From Magnetococcales bacterium (lineage in GTDB: Bacteria > Pseudomonadota > Magnetococcia > Magnetococcales > Magnetaquicoccaceae), in contig JADGAR010000018.1 of NCBI GenBank assembly GCA_015231915.1, positions 4,457 to 68,456 on the forward strand: 64,000 nt of DNA, written 5' to 3'. Made by a program: the position numbers and the translations under genes. This document shows, in pieces, positions 1 to 9,600 of the stretch (positions are counted from its first letter, which is position 1; each line of letters opens with the position of its first letter). The notes beneath the pieces were generated by a model. That model was not told the DNA's origin. It saw nothing but the letters and a program-made list of their open reading frames with translations, and did not search any database.

Positions 1-1
1 C

Positions 2-1117
2 CATGCCCGGGAACAGGAATGGAACCGGCGTTTCGAGGTCGAGGCCGAAGAGTTGTGCCGGGCCAGTCTGGCCCACTCCCGGTTGCAGAGCCTCTTTGCC
101 CCCATGGTGGTGCTGGCCGGCAGCATCGGCGGATGGATCATCCTGGCCCACGGCGGCTACGAGGTGGCTGCCGGTCGGTTGACCATGGGGGATTTCGTGG
201 CCTTTTCCGGTTATCTCGCCATGCTGATCTGGCCCACGGTGGGCTTCGGCTGGATCCTGTCGGTGATGCAGCGCGGCCTGGCCGCCCTGGACCGCATCAA
301 TCGGGTCATGGACGCCAGGCCGTTCCTCTCCCCGGAGGCAGCCGCCGGGGCGGATCCGGGAGGACGCTGGCCGGGCGCTATCTCCATACGCGGCCTGAGG
401 TTCGCCTATCGTCCCTCAGACCCGGTGTTGCGCGACATCTCCCTGGAGATCCCCCCAGGCACCCTTATCGGACTGGCGGGCCGGGTGGGATGCGGCAAAT
501 CCACGCTGCTCCACCTGCTGGCCCGGATTCAGCCTGCCCCGCCGGGAACGATCCTCATGGATGGCCGGGAGTTGAGCACCATCCCGGAGGCGGAGTTGCG
601 GCGCAATCTCGCCATGGCCCCCCAGGAGAGTTTTCTGTTTTCCATCCCCCTGGACAAGAATATCGGTTTCGGGACCGCCGCCCCGGAATCGATCCGGGAG
701 GCGTTGCGGGTGGCAGCCCTCGAGGAAGAGGCCCTGGCTTTTCCCCAGGGGCTGGAGACCCTGATCGGCGAGCGCGGCATCACCCTGTCCGGGGGACAGC
801 GGCAGCGGGCCGCCCTGGCGCGTGCCCTGGTGGGCGATCCGGCGATCCTTCTGCTGGATGATGTCTTCTCCCATGTGGACGCCCGTACCGAGGAGCGGAT
901 CCTCGACAATCTGCGCCTGCTCAAGCGGCGGCATACCGTGGTGATGGTGTGTCACCGGGTGGCGGCGCTCAAGCACGCGGATCGGATCTGCCTGCTGGAA
1001 AACGGCGGGGTGGCCGCGTGGGGAACCCACGAGGAGTTGTTGAATTCCATGCAGCTGTATCGGGATCTTCATGACAGCATGAGTCGCGCCGAGGCCCTGG
1101 AGGCCTTGGCAGGATGA
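2..1117 (+). CDS. ABC exporter subunit (TMD+NBD), 5'-truncated by window edge; MdlA/TM287-like degenerate half
   Basis: Frame open from base 2; TM helices, then Walker A GRVGCGKST, signature LSGGQRQR, Walker B LLLDD (Asp in place of catalytic Glu), H-loop VCHR. Confidence 0.92.
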   Translation, partial: HAREQEWNRRFEVEAEELCRASLAHSRLQSLFAPMVVLAGSIGGWIILAHGGYEVAAGRLTMGDFVAFSGYLAMLIWPTVGFGWILSVMQRGLAALDRINRVMDARPFLSPEAAAGADPGGRWPGAISIRGLRFAYRPSDPVLRDISLEIPPGTLIGLAGRVGCGKSTLLHLLARIQPAPPGTILMDGRELSTIPEAELRRNLAMAPQESFLFSIPLDKNIGFGTAAPESIREALRVAALEEEALAFPQGLETLIGERGITLSGGQRQRAALARALVGDPAILLLDDVFSHVDARTEERILDNLRLLKRRHTVVMVCHRVAALKHADRICLLENGGVAAWGTHEELLNSMQLYRDLHDSMSRAEALEALAG

Positions 1118-2904
1118 TGCCCGCGGTGACATCGGACACCGAGGAGACCCGCTACGGGGCCTTCTGGGACGTAAAGCTGATGGCCCGTTTTCTGGGCTAT
1201 GCCCGTCCGCATCGCCGCTGGGTGACGATCGCGCTGCTGTTGCCGCCCCTGGGCGCCTTGTCGCAATTCGCCCAGCCGCTTTTGATCCAGCAGGCGGTGG
1301 ACCGCCATATCGTCACCGGCGATCTGGAGGGGTTGCCCGGAATGCTGGCCATCCTGGCGGGATTGATCCTGGCGCAGTTTGGCATCGGCACATTGCAGTT
1401 CATGGTGAATGCCCTGTTGGGACAACGGGTGGTGCGGGATCTGCGCCGGGAGCTGTTTGCCCATCTGCTTGCCATGGATGCGCAGTTCTTCGCCCGCAAT
1501 CCCAGCGGCACCCTCACCAACCGGGTGGCCAACGATGCGGAGGCGGTCAGTCAGATGGTCAGCTCCGGCCTGGTCAACCTGGCCGGGGACCTGTTGCTGC
1601 TCTTCGCCCTCGCTGCGGGCATGGTGGTGTTGTCGCCGGGTCTTTCCCTGATGGTATTGGCCATCATGCCGGTGGTGATTCTGATCGCCTTTCGGGTGAC
1701 CCGGCGCATGCGCCTGATCCAGCGTCAGGGGACGCTCTTGCAGGCCCGCATGGCGGCGCGCATCACCGAGGAGAGCGAGGGACGGGATGTGATGCGGCTG
1801 TTCCATCGCGCCGAGGCGGCGGCTGCCGATTTCGACCGGCTCAACCGCGCCCATCGGGAAAATGCCGACAAAAGCAATTTTCTGGAGGCGTTCCAATTCA
1901 GTTTCGTCGAGGGCGCCTCCACCGCGCTGGTGGCGTTCCTGTTCTGGTACGGCTCCCATCTGATGTCCGGCGAGGCGGTGACCATCGGCATCCTGACCGC
2001 GTTCATCGACTCGGTGCGGCGACTGTTCTTTCCGATCCGGGACCTGGCGGGCAAGTTCACCACCATGCAGTCGGCCATGAGCGCCCTGGAACGGATCTTC
2101 ACCCTCCTGGACACCAGGCCTGCCATCGTGGATCCGGCAAGGCCCGTTGCGGCAGGGGCGATACGCGGGGAACTGCGGCTTGACCAAGTCACCTTCCGCT
2201 ATGGGGAGGAGCCGGTGTTGAGCGATCTTTCCTGCCGGATCCGTCCTGGCGAACGGGCCGCCCTGGTGGGACCCACCGGTGCGGGCAAGAGCACCCTGAT
2301 CAAGCTGCTCAACCGCACCCATGACCCGCTCTCCGGGAGCGTGACCATCGACGGGATCGATGTCCGGGAGATGGCCCTGGGGGAGCTGCGCCGCATGGTG
2401 GGGGTGGTGCAGCAGGAGACCTTTCTGTTTTCCGGGACCATTGCCGACAATATCGGTCTGTTCGATCCCGGCATCACCCGTGCGCGCATCGAGCGCGCCG
2501 CCGGGGAGACCGGCGCCTGGGAGTTCATTCGCGCCCTGCCTGGGGGGCTGGATACGGAGCTGACCGAGCGGGGCGGCAATCTTTCCGTCGGCCAGCGGCA
2601 GCTGTTGGGCATCACGCGAATCTTCGCCTTCGATCCCCCGGTGCTGGTCATGGACGAGGCCACCAGTTCGGTGGATGCGGTGAGCGAGCGGCTGATCCAG
2701 GCTGCCCTGGAGCGGCTGATGGCCAACCGCACCTCCCTGGTGATCGCCCATCGCCTCTCCACCATCCGTCACGCGGATCGGATCATCGTCCTCTCCCGTG
2801 GCCGTGTGGTGGAGGAGGGGAGTCATGCCGAACTGCTGGCGCGCAAGGGTCTGTTCGCCACGTTGTATGCCCTGCAGTTCCGGGGCGCGGATCCGGCCAC
2901 ATAA
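1114..2904 (+). CDS. ABC exporter subunit (TMD+NBD), MdlB/TM288-like partner
   Basis: 596 aa; six-TM domain, Walker A GPTGAGKST, signature LSVGQRQLL, Walker B VMDEATS, IAHR; ATGA overlap with upstream gene. Confidence 0.93.
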   Translation: MMPAVTSDTEETRYGAFWDVKLMARFLGYARPHRRWVTIALLLPPLGALSQFAQPLLIQQAVDRHIVTGDLEGLPGMLAILAGLILAQFGIGTLQFMVNALLGQRVVRDLRRELFAHLLAMDAQFFARNPSGTLTNRVANDAEAVSQMVSSGLVNLAGDLLLLFALAAGMVVLSPGLSLMVLAIMPVVILIAFRVTRRMRLIQRQGTLLQARMAARITEESEGRDVMRLFHRAEAAAADFDRLNRAHRENADKSNFLEAFQFSFVEGASTALVAFLFWYGSHLMSGEAVTIGILTAFIDSVRRLFFPIRDLAGKFTTMQSAMSALERIFTLLDTRPAIVDPARPVAAGAIRGELRLDQVTFRYGEEPVLSDLSCRIRPGERAALVGPTGAGKSTLIKLLNRTHDPLSGSVTIDGIDVREMALGELRRMVGVVQQETFLFSGTIADNIGLFDPGITRARIERAAGETGAWEFIRALPGGLDTELTERGGNLSVGQRQLLGITRIFAFDPPVLVMDEATSSVDAVSERLIQAALERLMANRTSLVIAHRLSTIRHADRIIVLSRGRVVEEGSHAELLARKGLFATLYALQFRGADPAT

Positions 2905-2909
2905 TCGAT

Positions 2910-2937
2910 TTCATCGCTCTGGCGGATCGGGTATACT
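2910..2937 (+). promoter_or_regulatory. Possible sigma70 promoter for the DUF3782 gene
   Basis: TTCATC-N16-TATACT upstream of GAGGAA RBS and ATG 2977. Confidence 0.35.
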
Positions 2938-2976
2938 TTCTACAAGGGGATGCCACGAACCGAAGAGGAAGTCCAA

Positions 2977-3588
2977 ATGTCACATACCGCCGCCATCGAT
3001 GCCGTCTGGGAGATGTTCCGGGAGACCAATCGCATGTCTCAGGAAGCGTTCCGCATGTCCCAGGAAACGGACAGAAAGCTCCAGGAAACCGATCGTCTGA
3101 TTCAGGAGGTCTCCAGACAGATGCGGGAGACGGACAGACAGATGCGGGAGACGGACAGAAAGCTGGATCGGCTCGGTGACCGTTTGGGAGAGTTCGTCGA
3201 GGGGTTGGTGGCCCCGGCCTGCGAGAGTTTGTTTGCGCAAAGAGGGATTCCGGTCCACAAGGTGAGCCGTCGGGTCAAGGCCAGGCTGCCGGGTGGCCGC
3301 CTCATGGAGATCGATCTGCTCGTGGTCAACACGGACGCCGTCTCTTTGGTGGAGGTCAAGAGCAAGCTGTCGGTGGAGGATGTGCGCGAACATTTGGATC
3401 GTTTGGGGGTGTTCAAGGAGTTTTTCCCGGAGTATGCCGACAAGCGCGTCTGTGGCGCGGTGGCAGGCATGGTGATCGAGGAAAACGTCTGCCGTTTTGC
3501 CATCCATCAGGGATTGTTCGTCATCGAGCAGGCGGGGGACACCCTGCGCATGGCCAATGACGACGCCTTCGTGCCGCGCTTCTGGTAA
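2977..3588 (+). CDS. DUF3782-type coiled-coil + PD-(D/E)XK nuclease-fold protein
   Basis: Heptads QETDRKL/RETDRQM followed by GEFVE...EIDLLVVN...LVEVKSKL; RBS GAGGAA before ATG 2977 (ORF track starts 2950). Confidence 0.8.
   Translation: MSHTAAIDAVWEMFRETNRMSQEAFRMSQETDRKLQETDRLIQEVSRQMRETDRQMRETDRKLDRLGDRLGEFVEGLVAPACESLFAQRGIPVHKVSRRVKARLPGGRLMEIDLLVVNTDAVSLVEVKSKLSVEDVREHLDRLGVFKEFFPEYADKRVCGAVAGMVIEENVCRFAIHQGLFVIEQAGDTLRMANDDAFVPRFW
3114..3155 (+). repeat. Two perfect 21-bp tandem units encoding a heptad
   Basis: CAGACAGATGCGGGAGACGGA x2, flanked by degenerate copies. Confidence 0.9.
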
Positions 3589-3603
3589 CCCCTTTTTTTC
3601 CTG

Positions 3604-3642
3604 AAAAAAAGCTCCGGCTGCATGAGCCGGAGCTTTTTTTTT
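3604..3642. terminator. Bidirectional rho-independent terminator
   Basis: A7-GCTCCGGCT-gcatg-AGCCGGAGC-T9 between convergent genes. Confidence 0.9.
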
Positions 3643-3647
3643 CGGGT

Positions 3648-6600
3648 TCATCGGGTCAAGGTAACGGTTCCCGTGCTGAAGGCAATGGAGTTGATCATGC
3701 CGGGCAGGTAATAGTCGAAGCGGATCGAGGTCGGAATCGTCTTGCTGTTGGCGCTGAACTGATCCGTGACGCCGTTGGCCTGCGCGGTCGCCTTGAGCGC
3801 GTTGTGGCGATCCAGGGCATTGGATGGGGTCAGCCCCAGGGTGGAACCCAGGACATGCGGTGTCGGCCCCATGCCGCCCCCGCCGGTGAAGAAGGCCAGG
3901 GAGCCATCGGTCTTCAGGAGGGTCAGGGCACCATTGTAGCTGGACAAGAGCGTGCTCAGATTCATGCTGATGTTTGGCAGCATTTCCAGATGCAATACCT
4001 CCACCGTGGAGTTGGCCACGTCGATGCCAATGGTCTTGGCCGTATTGTCCACGGAAGGCTTCAACCGTATCCGCACATCGGTGGTGTAGTCCGTGGCAAA
4101 GGGGGCGAAGGTGTTGAAGACACTGTCGAACACGGCGGCCACCGAGGCCGGCAGGCGGTTGTACATTCCCTCGATCAGCCCGATGCGGGCCATGATGCGG
4201 ATGACCGTCGGGTCGTCAGCGGGCAGGATCTCCACGGTCAACCGCTTGACCACCTCGTTGACCGCATTGGTGAAGGCGCCGCCCGTGGTGAATTGCTGGC
4301 CCAGCTTGCCCAGGATCAGGGTCACGATATCGGAATTGGTCAGCACCTTGCTGGATGGGTTGGCGTTCATGGTGGAAAGGATGCTCTTGAAGAGGGTCTC
4401 GGCATTGCTCTTGATCGTGGCCGCATTCGGCACGTCTGCGGCGGAATCCAGGGAGAAGGGCCTGGCCACCACGGTGATGGTGAAGCTCTTGGAAAACGTA
4501 TTGCTGCCCGAGTCGGTCACCTGGATGGTGACGCTGTAACTGCCCGCCACCGGGGTGGCGCCGGTGCGGACGGTGAGATAAGCACCGCTGGCGTTGCTGC
4601 GCACCGCGAACAGACTGCTCGCGTCGGTGGTGATGGCATAGGTGAAGGTATCGGACGGATTGTTGATGTCCGGATCCGTGGGCGTGATGGTCGCGATCAC
4701 CGAACCCGGATCGGCATCTTCGTAGAAACTGGTTCCGCTCAGGGTGAGGTCGGTCGGGGCATCGCTGACCGCAGCCACGCTGAAGGTGATGGAAGTGGAT
4801 GCGGTCTTGGCGCCTCCCGACCCGGTGAACCCCATGTCGGAAACCGTCACCGAGACGGTCTCCGAGCCGTTGTAGTCCTGATCGCCCTGGTAGGTGAAAC
4901 TGCCGATGGCGGCGCTCAAGTTGGCCAGGGTCCCGGTGAAGATCACGGTGGAGAGGTTGTTGGCCGTGGTGAGCGAGACCGAACCATTGGTTACCGTGAC
5001 CTTGCCGTGCAGAGCGGTCAGGGTGGCCTGCATGGTGCCTGCGGCGGCATCCACATCGGCCACGCTCCAGCCGGTGATGGTGGCGGCTGTGTCCTCGGTC
5101 ACCGCAGCGGTCGGCGCGGCGGTGCCGGAAATGACCGGGGCGTCGTTGACCGCCGCCACGGTGAATGTCATGGTGCCGGTGGCGTTTTTCGGTACCACGG
5201 GACTCTCGTCGCCAACATAGCCCTGGTCGTTGATGGTGACCGTGACGGTCTCCGCGCCGTTGGCGTCCTGATTGCCCAGATAGGTGAGGGTCGCCAGGGC
5301 GGTGTTGACATTGGTCAGGGTCCCGGTGAAGACCATGCTGGAGGCGTTGTTGGCCCCGGAGGTGAAAGTCAGTCCCGTGGTGGAGGCCAGGGTCACCTTG
5401 CCGATGGTGGCCGTCAGGGTGATCTCCACAGGATTGGTGCCGGCATCCACATCCGCCACGCTGACGCCGGTGATGGTCATGCTGGTGTCCTCGGTGGCGC
5501 TCAGGCCGGTGGGAACGGTCACGGTCGGGGCGTCGTTGACCGCGACGATGGTGAAATTCAACGTGGAGTTGGCGCTCAAGGCGCCGCCCGAGCCGATGCT
5601 GCCCTGATCGGAAACCGTCAGGGTGACGGTTTCCGCGCCGTTGGCGTTGCTGTTGCTCAGATAGCTCAGGCCGGTCAGTGCGGTGTTCACATCGGTCACC
5701 GTTCCGGTGAAGACCATGCTCGAAGAGTTGTTGGCGCCCGAGGAGAAGCTCAGGCCAGTGGTGGTGCTCAGGGTCAATTTGCCCTTGGTGGCGGAGAGGG
5801 TGACCTGGATCGGGTTGCTGGCGATGGTGTTGGTCGGGACGGTCATGTCTACGTCGGCCACGCTCCAGCCGACGATGGTGGCCGCCACATCCTCGCTGAC
5901 CGAGGGGGTCGTGGGGGTGGTGATGGTCGGGGTGTCGTTGACCGCCGCGATGGTGAAGGTCACGGTGGCGGTGGCGGACTGGGCGCCGCCCGCGCCGGTG
6001 TTGCCCTGGTCGCTGATTGACAGGGTGATGGTCTCCGAGCCGTTGTAATTCGCACTGCCCTGATAGCTCATGCCGGTCAGGGCGGTGTTCAATTGCGTCT
6101 TGGTGCCGGTGAAGACCATGCTCGCCGAGCCGTTGGCCCCGGAGGTGATCGACACCCCGGAGCCGCCACCCAGGGTCATGGTCCCGTTGGTCACCGACAG
6201 GGAGGCCTGCATGGTCCCGCCGCTGTCGTCCTCGTCCGCCACGCTGAAGGAGACCGCAAGCGCGGTGTCTTCGGTGGCCAGGGCGGTCAGCGAGGCGGCG
6301 GAGGGGGCGGTGATGACCGGCGCGTCGTTGACATTGGTGACCGAGATGCTCACCGCCTGACTGGCGGTCAGGCTGCCCGATCCGTTGTCCGTGGCCACCA
6401 TCGTGACCTCGTAGACGTTGTCGGTGTTGGCGTCCGTGGGCACCTCGTAATTGGGCGCGGTCTTGAAGGTCACGACGCCGCCGGCGGTGATGTCGAACTT
6501 GGATTCGTCCGCGCCCGTGCCGGCGAAGGACCAGGTGATGGCATCGCTTTCCGGATCCGTGGCGGTGGCCGCATAGGCGGTGCCGGTGCCGTTTTCGGCA

Positions 6601-9600
6601 AAGGAGGCGGTGGTCGCGGAGGTGATGGTGGGTGCGTCGTTGGCGCCGTTGATGGTGACGGTCAGCACCCCGATGTCCGTCAGGGCGCCGTCGGAGACGG
6701 TATAATTGAAACTGTCGGTGGTGGATTGACCCGACTTGAGGGCTTGCACCACGGCGTTGGTATCGTCCACCACATAGGTGAAGACGCCCGTGGCGGGGGT
6801 GAGGGTCAGCGTGCCGTAGGTGCCTGTGGAGACATAATCGGCCCCCGACGCGGTGGCGGCGGTTCCGCTTCCTTCGACGTTGCCCGTGCGCAGTGAGGTG
6901 ACCGACAGGGCGTTGCTTTCGACATCGGTGTCGTTGGTCAGGACATTGCCGGTGGCGTTGGCACCGGCGGTGCCATTGTTGGTGCCGCCTTTCTCCGTTG
7001 CGGATGCGGTGTCGTTCACCGCCACCGGAGCGTCGTTGGTCCCGTTGATGGTGATGGTCAACAGCGCCGTATCGGTGAGTGAACCGTCCGAAGCAGTGTA
7101 GTTGTAGTATTCGGTCAGGGATTGACCCGACTGCAGGGCCTGTACCGTGACATTGCTCTCATCGACGGTATAGGTGTAGGCCCCGGTGCTGGCGATGGTC
7201 AGGGAACCATAGGTGCCTGTCAAGGCCGCGCCCACCGTGCCCGCCGTGCCGCTCCCCTCGGTATTGCCGGTGCGGATCGCGGCAACGGTCAGGGTGGTGC
7301 CGGTATCGGCATCGGTATCGCTGCTGGTGAGGACGTTGCCGGTAGCCTGGGTGCCTGCCGTGCCGTTGAGGGTTCCGCCGGCCTCGGTCGCGGTGCCGGT
7401 GTCGTTGGCGGCCACCGGGTTTTCGTTGGCGCCGTTGATGGTGATGGTCAACACCCCGATGTCGGAAAGGGAACCGTCGGACGCCGTATAATTGAAACTT
7501 TCCGTGATGCTTTGTCCCACAGCCAGGGCATTCACCGTGGCATTGGTGTTGTCGATAACGTAAGTATAAGAACCATCGGTGGCCATGGTGAGGGAACCAT
7601 AGGTGCCCACCAGGGTCGCGCCTGGGGTCGCCGCGGTGCCCAGCCCCTCGGAGGCGCCGAGCCGGAAGGCGGATACGGTCAGGGAGGCATGACTCGTGTC
7701 CACGTCGGTGTCGTTGTCGAGCACGTTGCCCGTGGCATTGGTCCCAGGCGTGGCATTGTTCACGCCGCCCGCCTCGGTGGCGCTGCCGGTGTCGTTCACC
7801 GCCACCGGGGCGTCGTTGGCGCCGTTGATGGTGACGGCCAGGACCGCCATGTCGGTCAGGGTGCCGTCCGTGACGGTGTAATTGAACGATTCGCTGAGGG
7901 TCTGTCCCGGGGCGAGGGCCTGCACTGTGGCATTGCTTTCGTCGATCACATAGGTATAGGTGCCGCCTGCGGCCACGGTCAAGGCACCGTAGGTCCCGGT
8001 CAGGGCGGCCCCGACCGTCCCTGCAGTGCCGCTCCCCTCGACGCCGCCGGTACGGATGGCGCTCACTTGCAGCGTGGTCCCGTCGTCGGGATCGGTATCA
8101 TTGGTGAGAAGATTGCCGGTGGCGTTGCTGCCCGCCGTGCCATTGGCGGTGCCGCTGGCTTCCGTGGCGCTCCCGGTATCGTCCGAGGCCACCGGGGTGT
8201 CGTTGGCGCCATTGATGGTGATGGTCAAAAGGCCGATGTCGGTCAGGGCGCCGTCGGTAACCGTATAATTGAAGGTATCCGTGATGCTTTGCGCCGAATT
8301 CAGGGCCTGTACCGTGGGATTGGTGTCATCCACGGTATAGGAATAACTGCCATCTTCTTGCATGGTGAGGGAACCATAGGTACCGATCAGGGGCGAGGCG
8401 AGGGTGCCGGCTGAGCCGGATCCTTCGGTGCTGCCCAGCCGGATGGCGGTCACCGTGAGGGTGTCGCCCTCGACATCGGTGTCGTTGGTCAGGACATTGC
8501 CGCTGGCCGCGCTGCCCGCCGTGGCGTTGTTCGAGCCGCCTGCCTCTGTGGCGCTGCCGGTATCGTTCACAGCCACCGGGGCGTCGTTGACCGGGGTCAC
8601 CGTGACGATCTTGGTGCCGGTCAGGGCCGGGGCAATGCCGTCACTCACCGAGGTGGCAATGGAAAAGCTCAGGTCGTAGTCCTTGGCCGGGGTGAAGGTC
8701 AGCGCGGCCAGCAACGCATTGATGTCCGCCTGGGGTCCGCTGGCGCTCCACACCCCGTCCGCGAAGCTGGAGGTGGTGTTGCCGGCAGAGGCGACGGCGA
8801 GCGTACCGGCCAAAGGATCCGACAAACTCAGGGTGACGGTGAGGACCGCGTTGGCATCGTTGTCGTTCACCTCGATGGCTTTCAACTTGAACGCCTTGGC
8901 ATCCTCGGTGAACGCCTCGGCGGCGGAAAGGTTGGTGGCGGTCGGCGCATCGTTGACCGGGGTGACGGTCACCGGTTTGGAGCCGCTCAAGGTGGTCGCT
9001 CCGTCGTTCACCGAGGTGGTGATGGTGAAGTTTTTGTCGTAGTTGGCCGCCGGGGTGAACTTGACCGCTGCCAGCAGGAAGTTGATATCGTCCAGGGAGC
9101 CGCTGGCGCGCCACGTCCCGGCGCTGAAAGAAGAGGAGATGCCGGCGGGGGAACTGTCGGCAGAGAGGGTGCCCGCGCTGGCGTCGGAGAGGGTCAACGT
9201 CGCGGTGAGGGTTCCGCCCGCATCCGGGTCGCTCACCACAATGGGCACCAGCTTGAACGCAGCCGCATCCTCGGCGAACGCCTCGTTCGCCGCGAGATTG
9301 GTCGCCGTGGGCGGCTCGTTGACATCCGTGAGATTGATGGTGACGGTGGCGGTGCCGGTCGTGCCCTTGGGATCCTTCACCGTGACGCTCAGGGCAAAGC
9401 TCTTGTTGACCTCGTAATTCATCTGGGCGACATCGCTCACCGTGATGGTTCCGCTGGCGGCATCGATGGCGAACGCCGTGGATCCGGTGCCGCTCAGGCT
9501 GAAGGAGAGCGCGCCCTTGTCCGCAGGATCCGGGTCGGTTGCGGAGAGCGTCCCCACGATGGTGCCGTTGGGGCTGTTCTCCTTCAGCGTGAAGGTCTGC

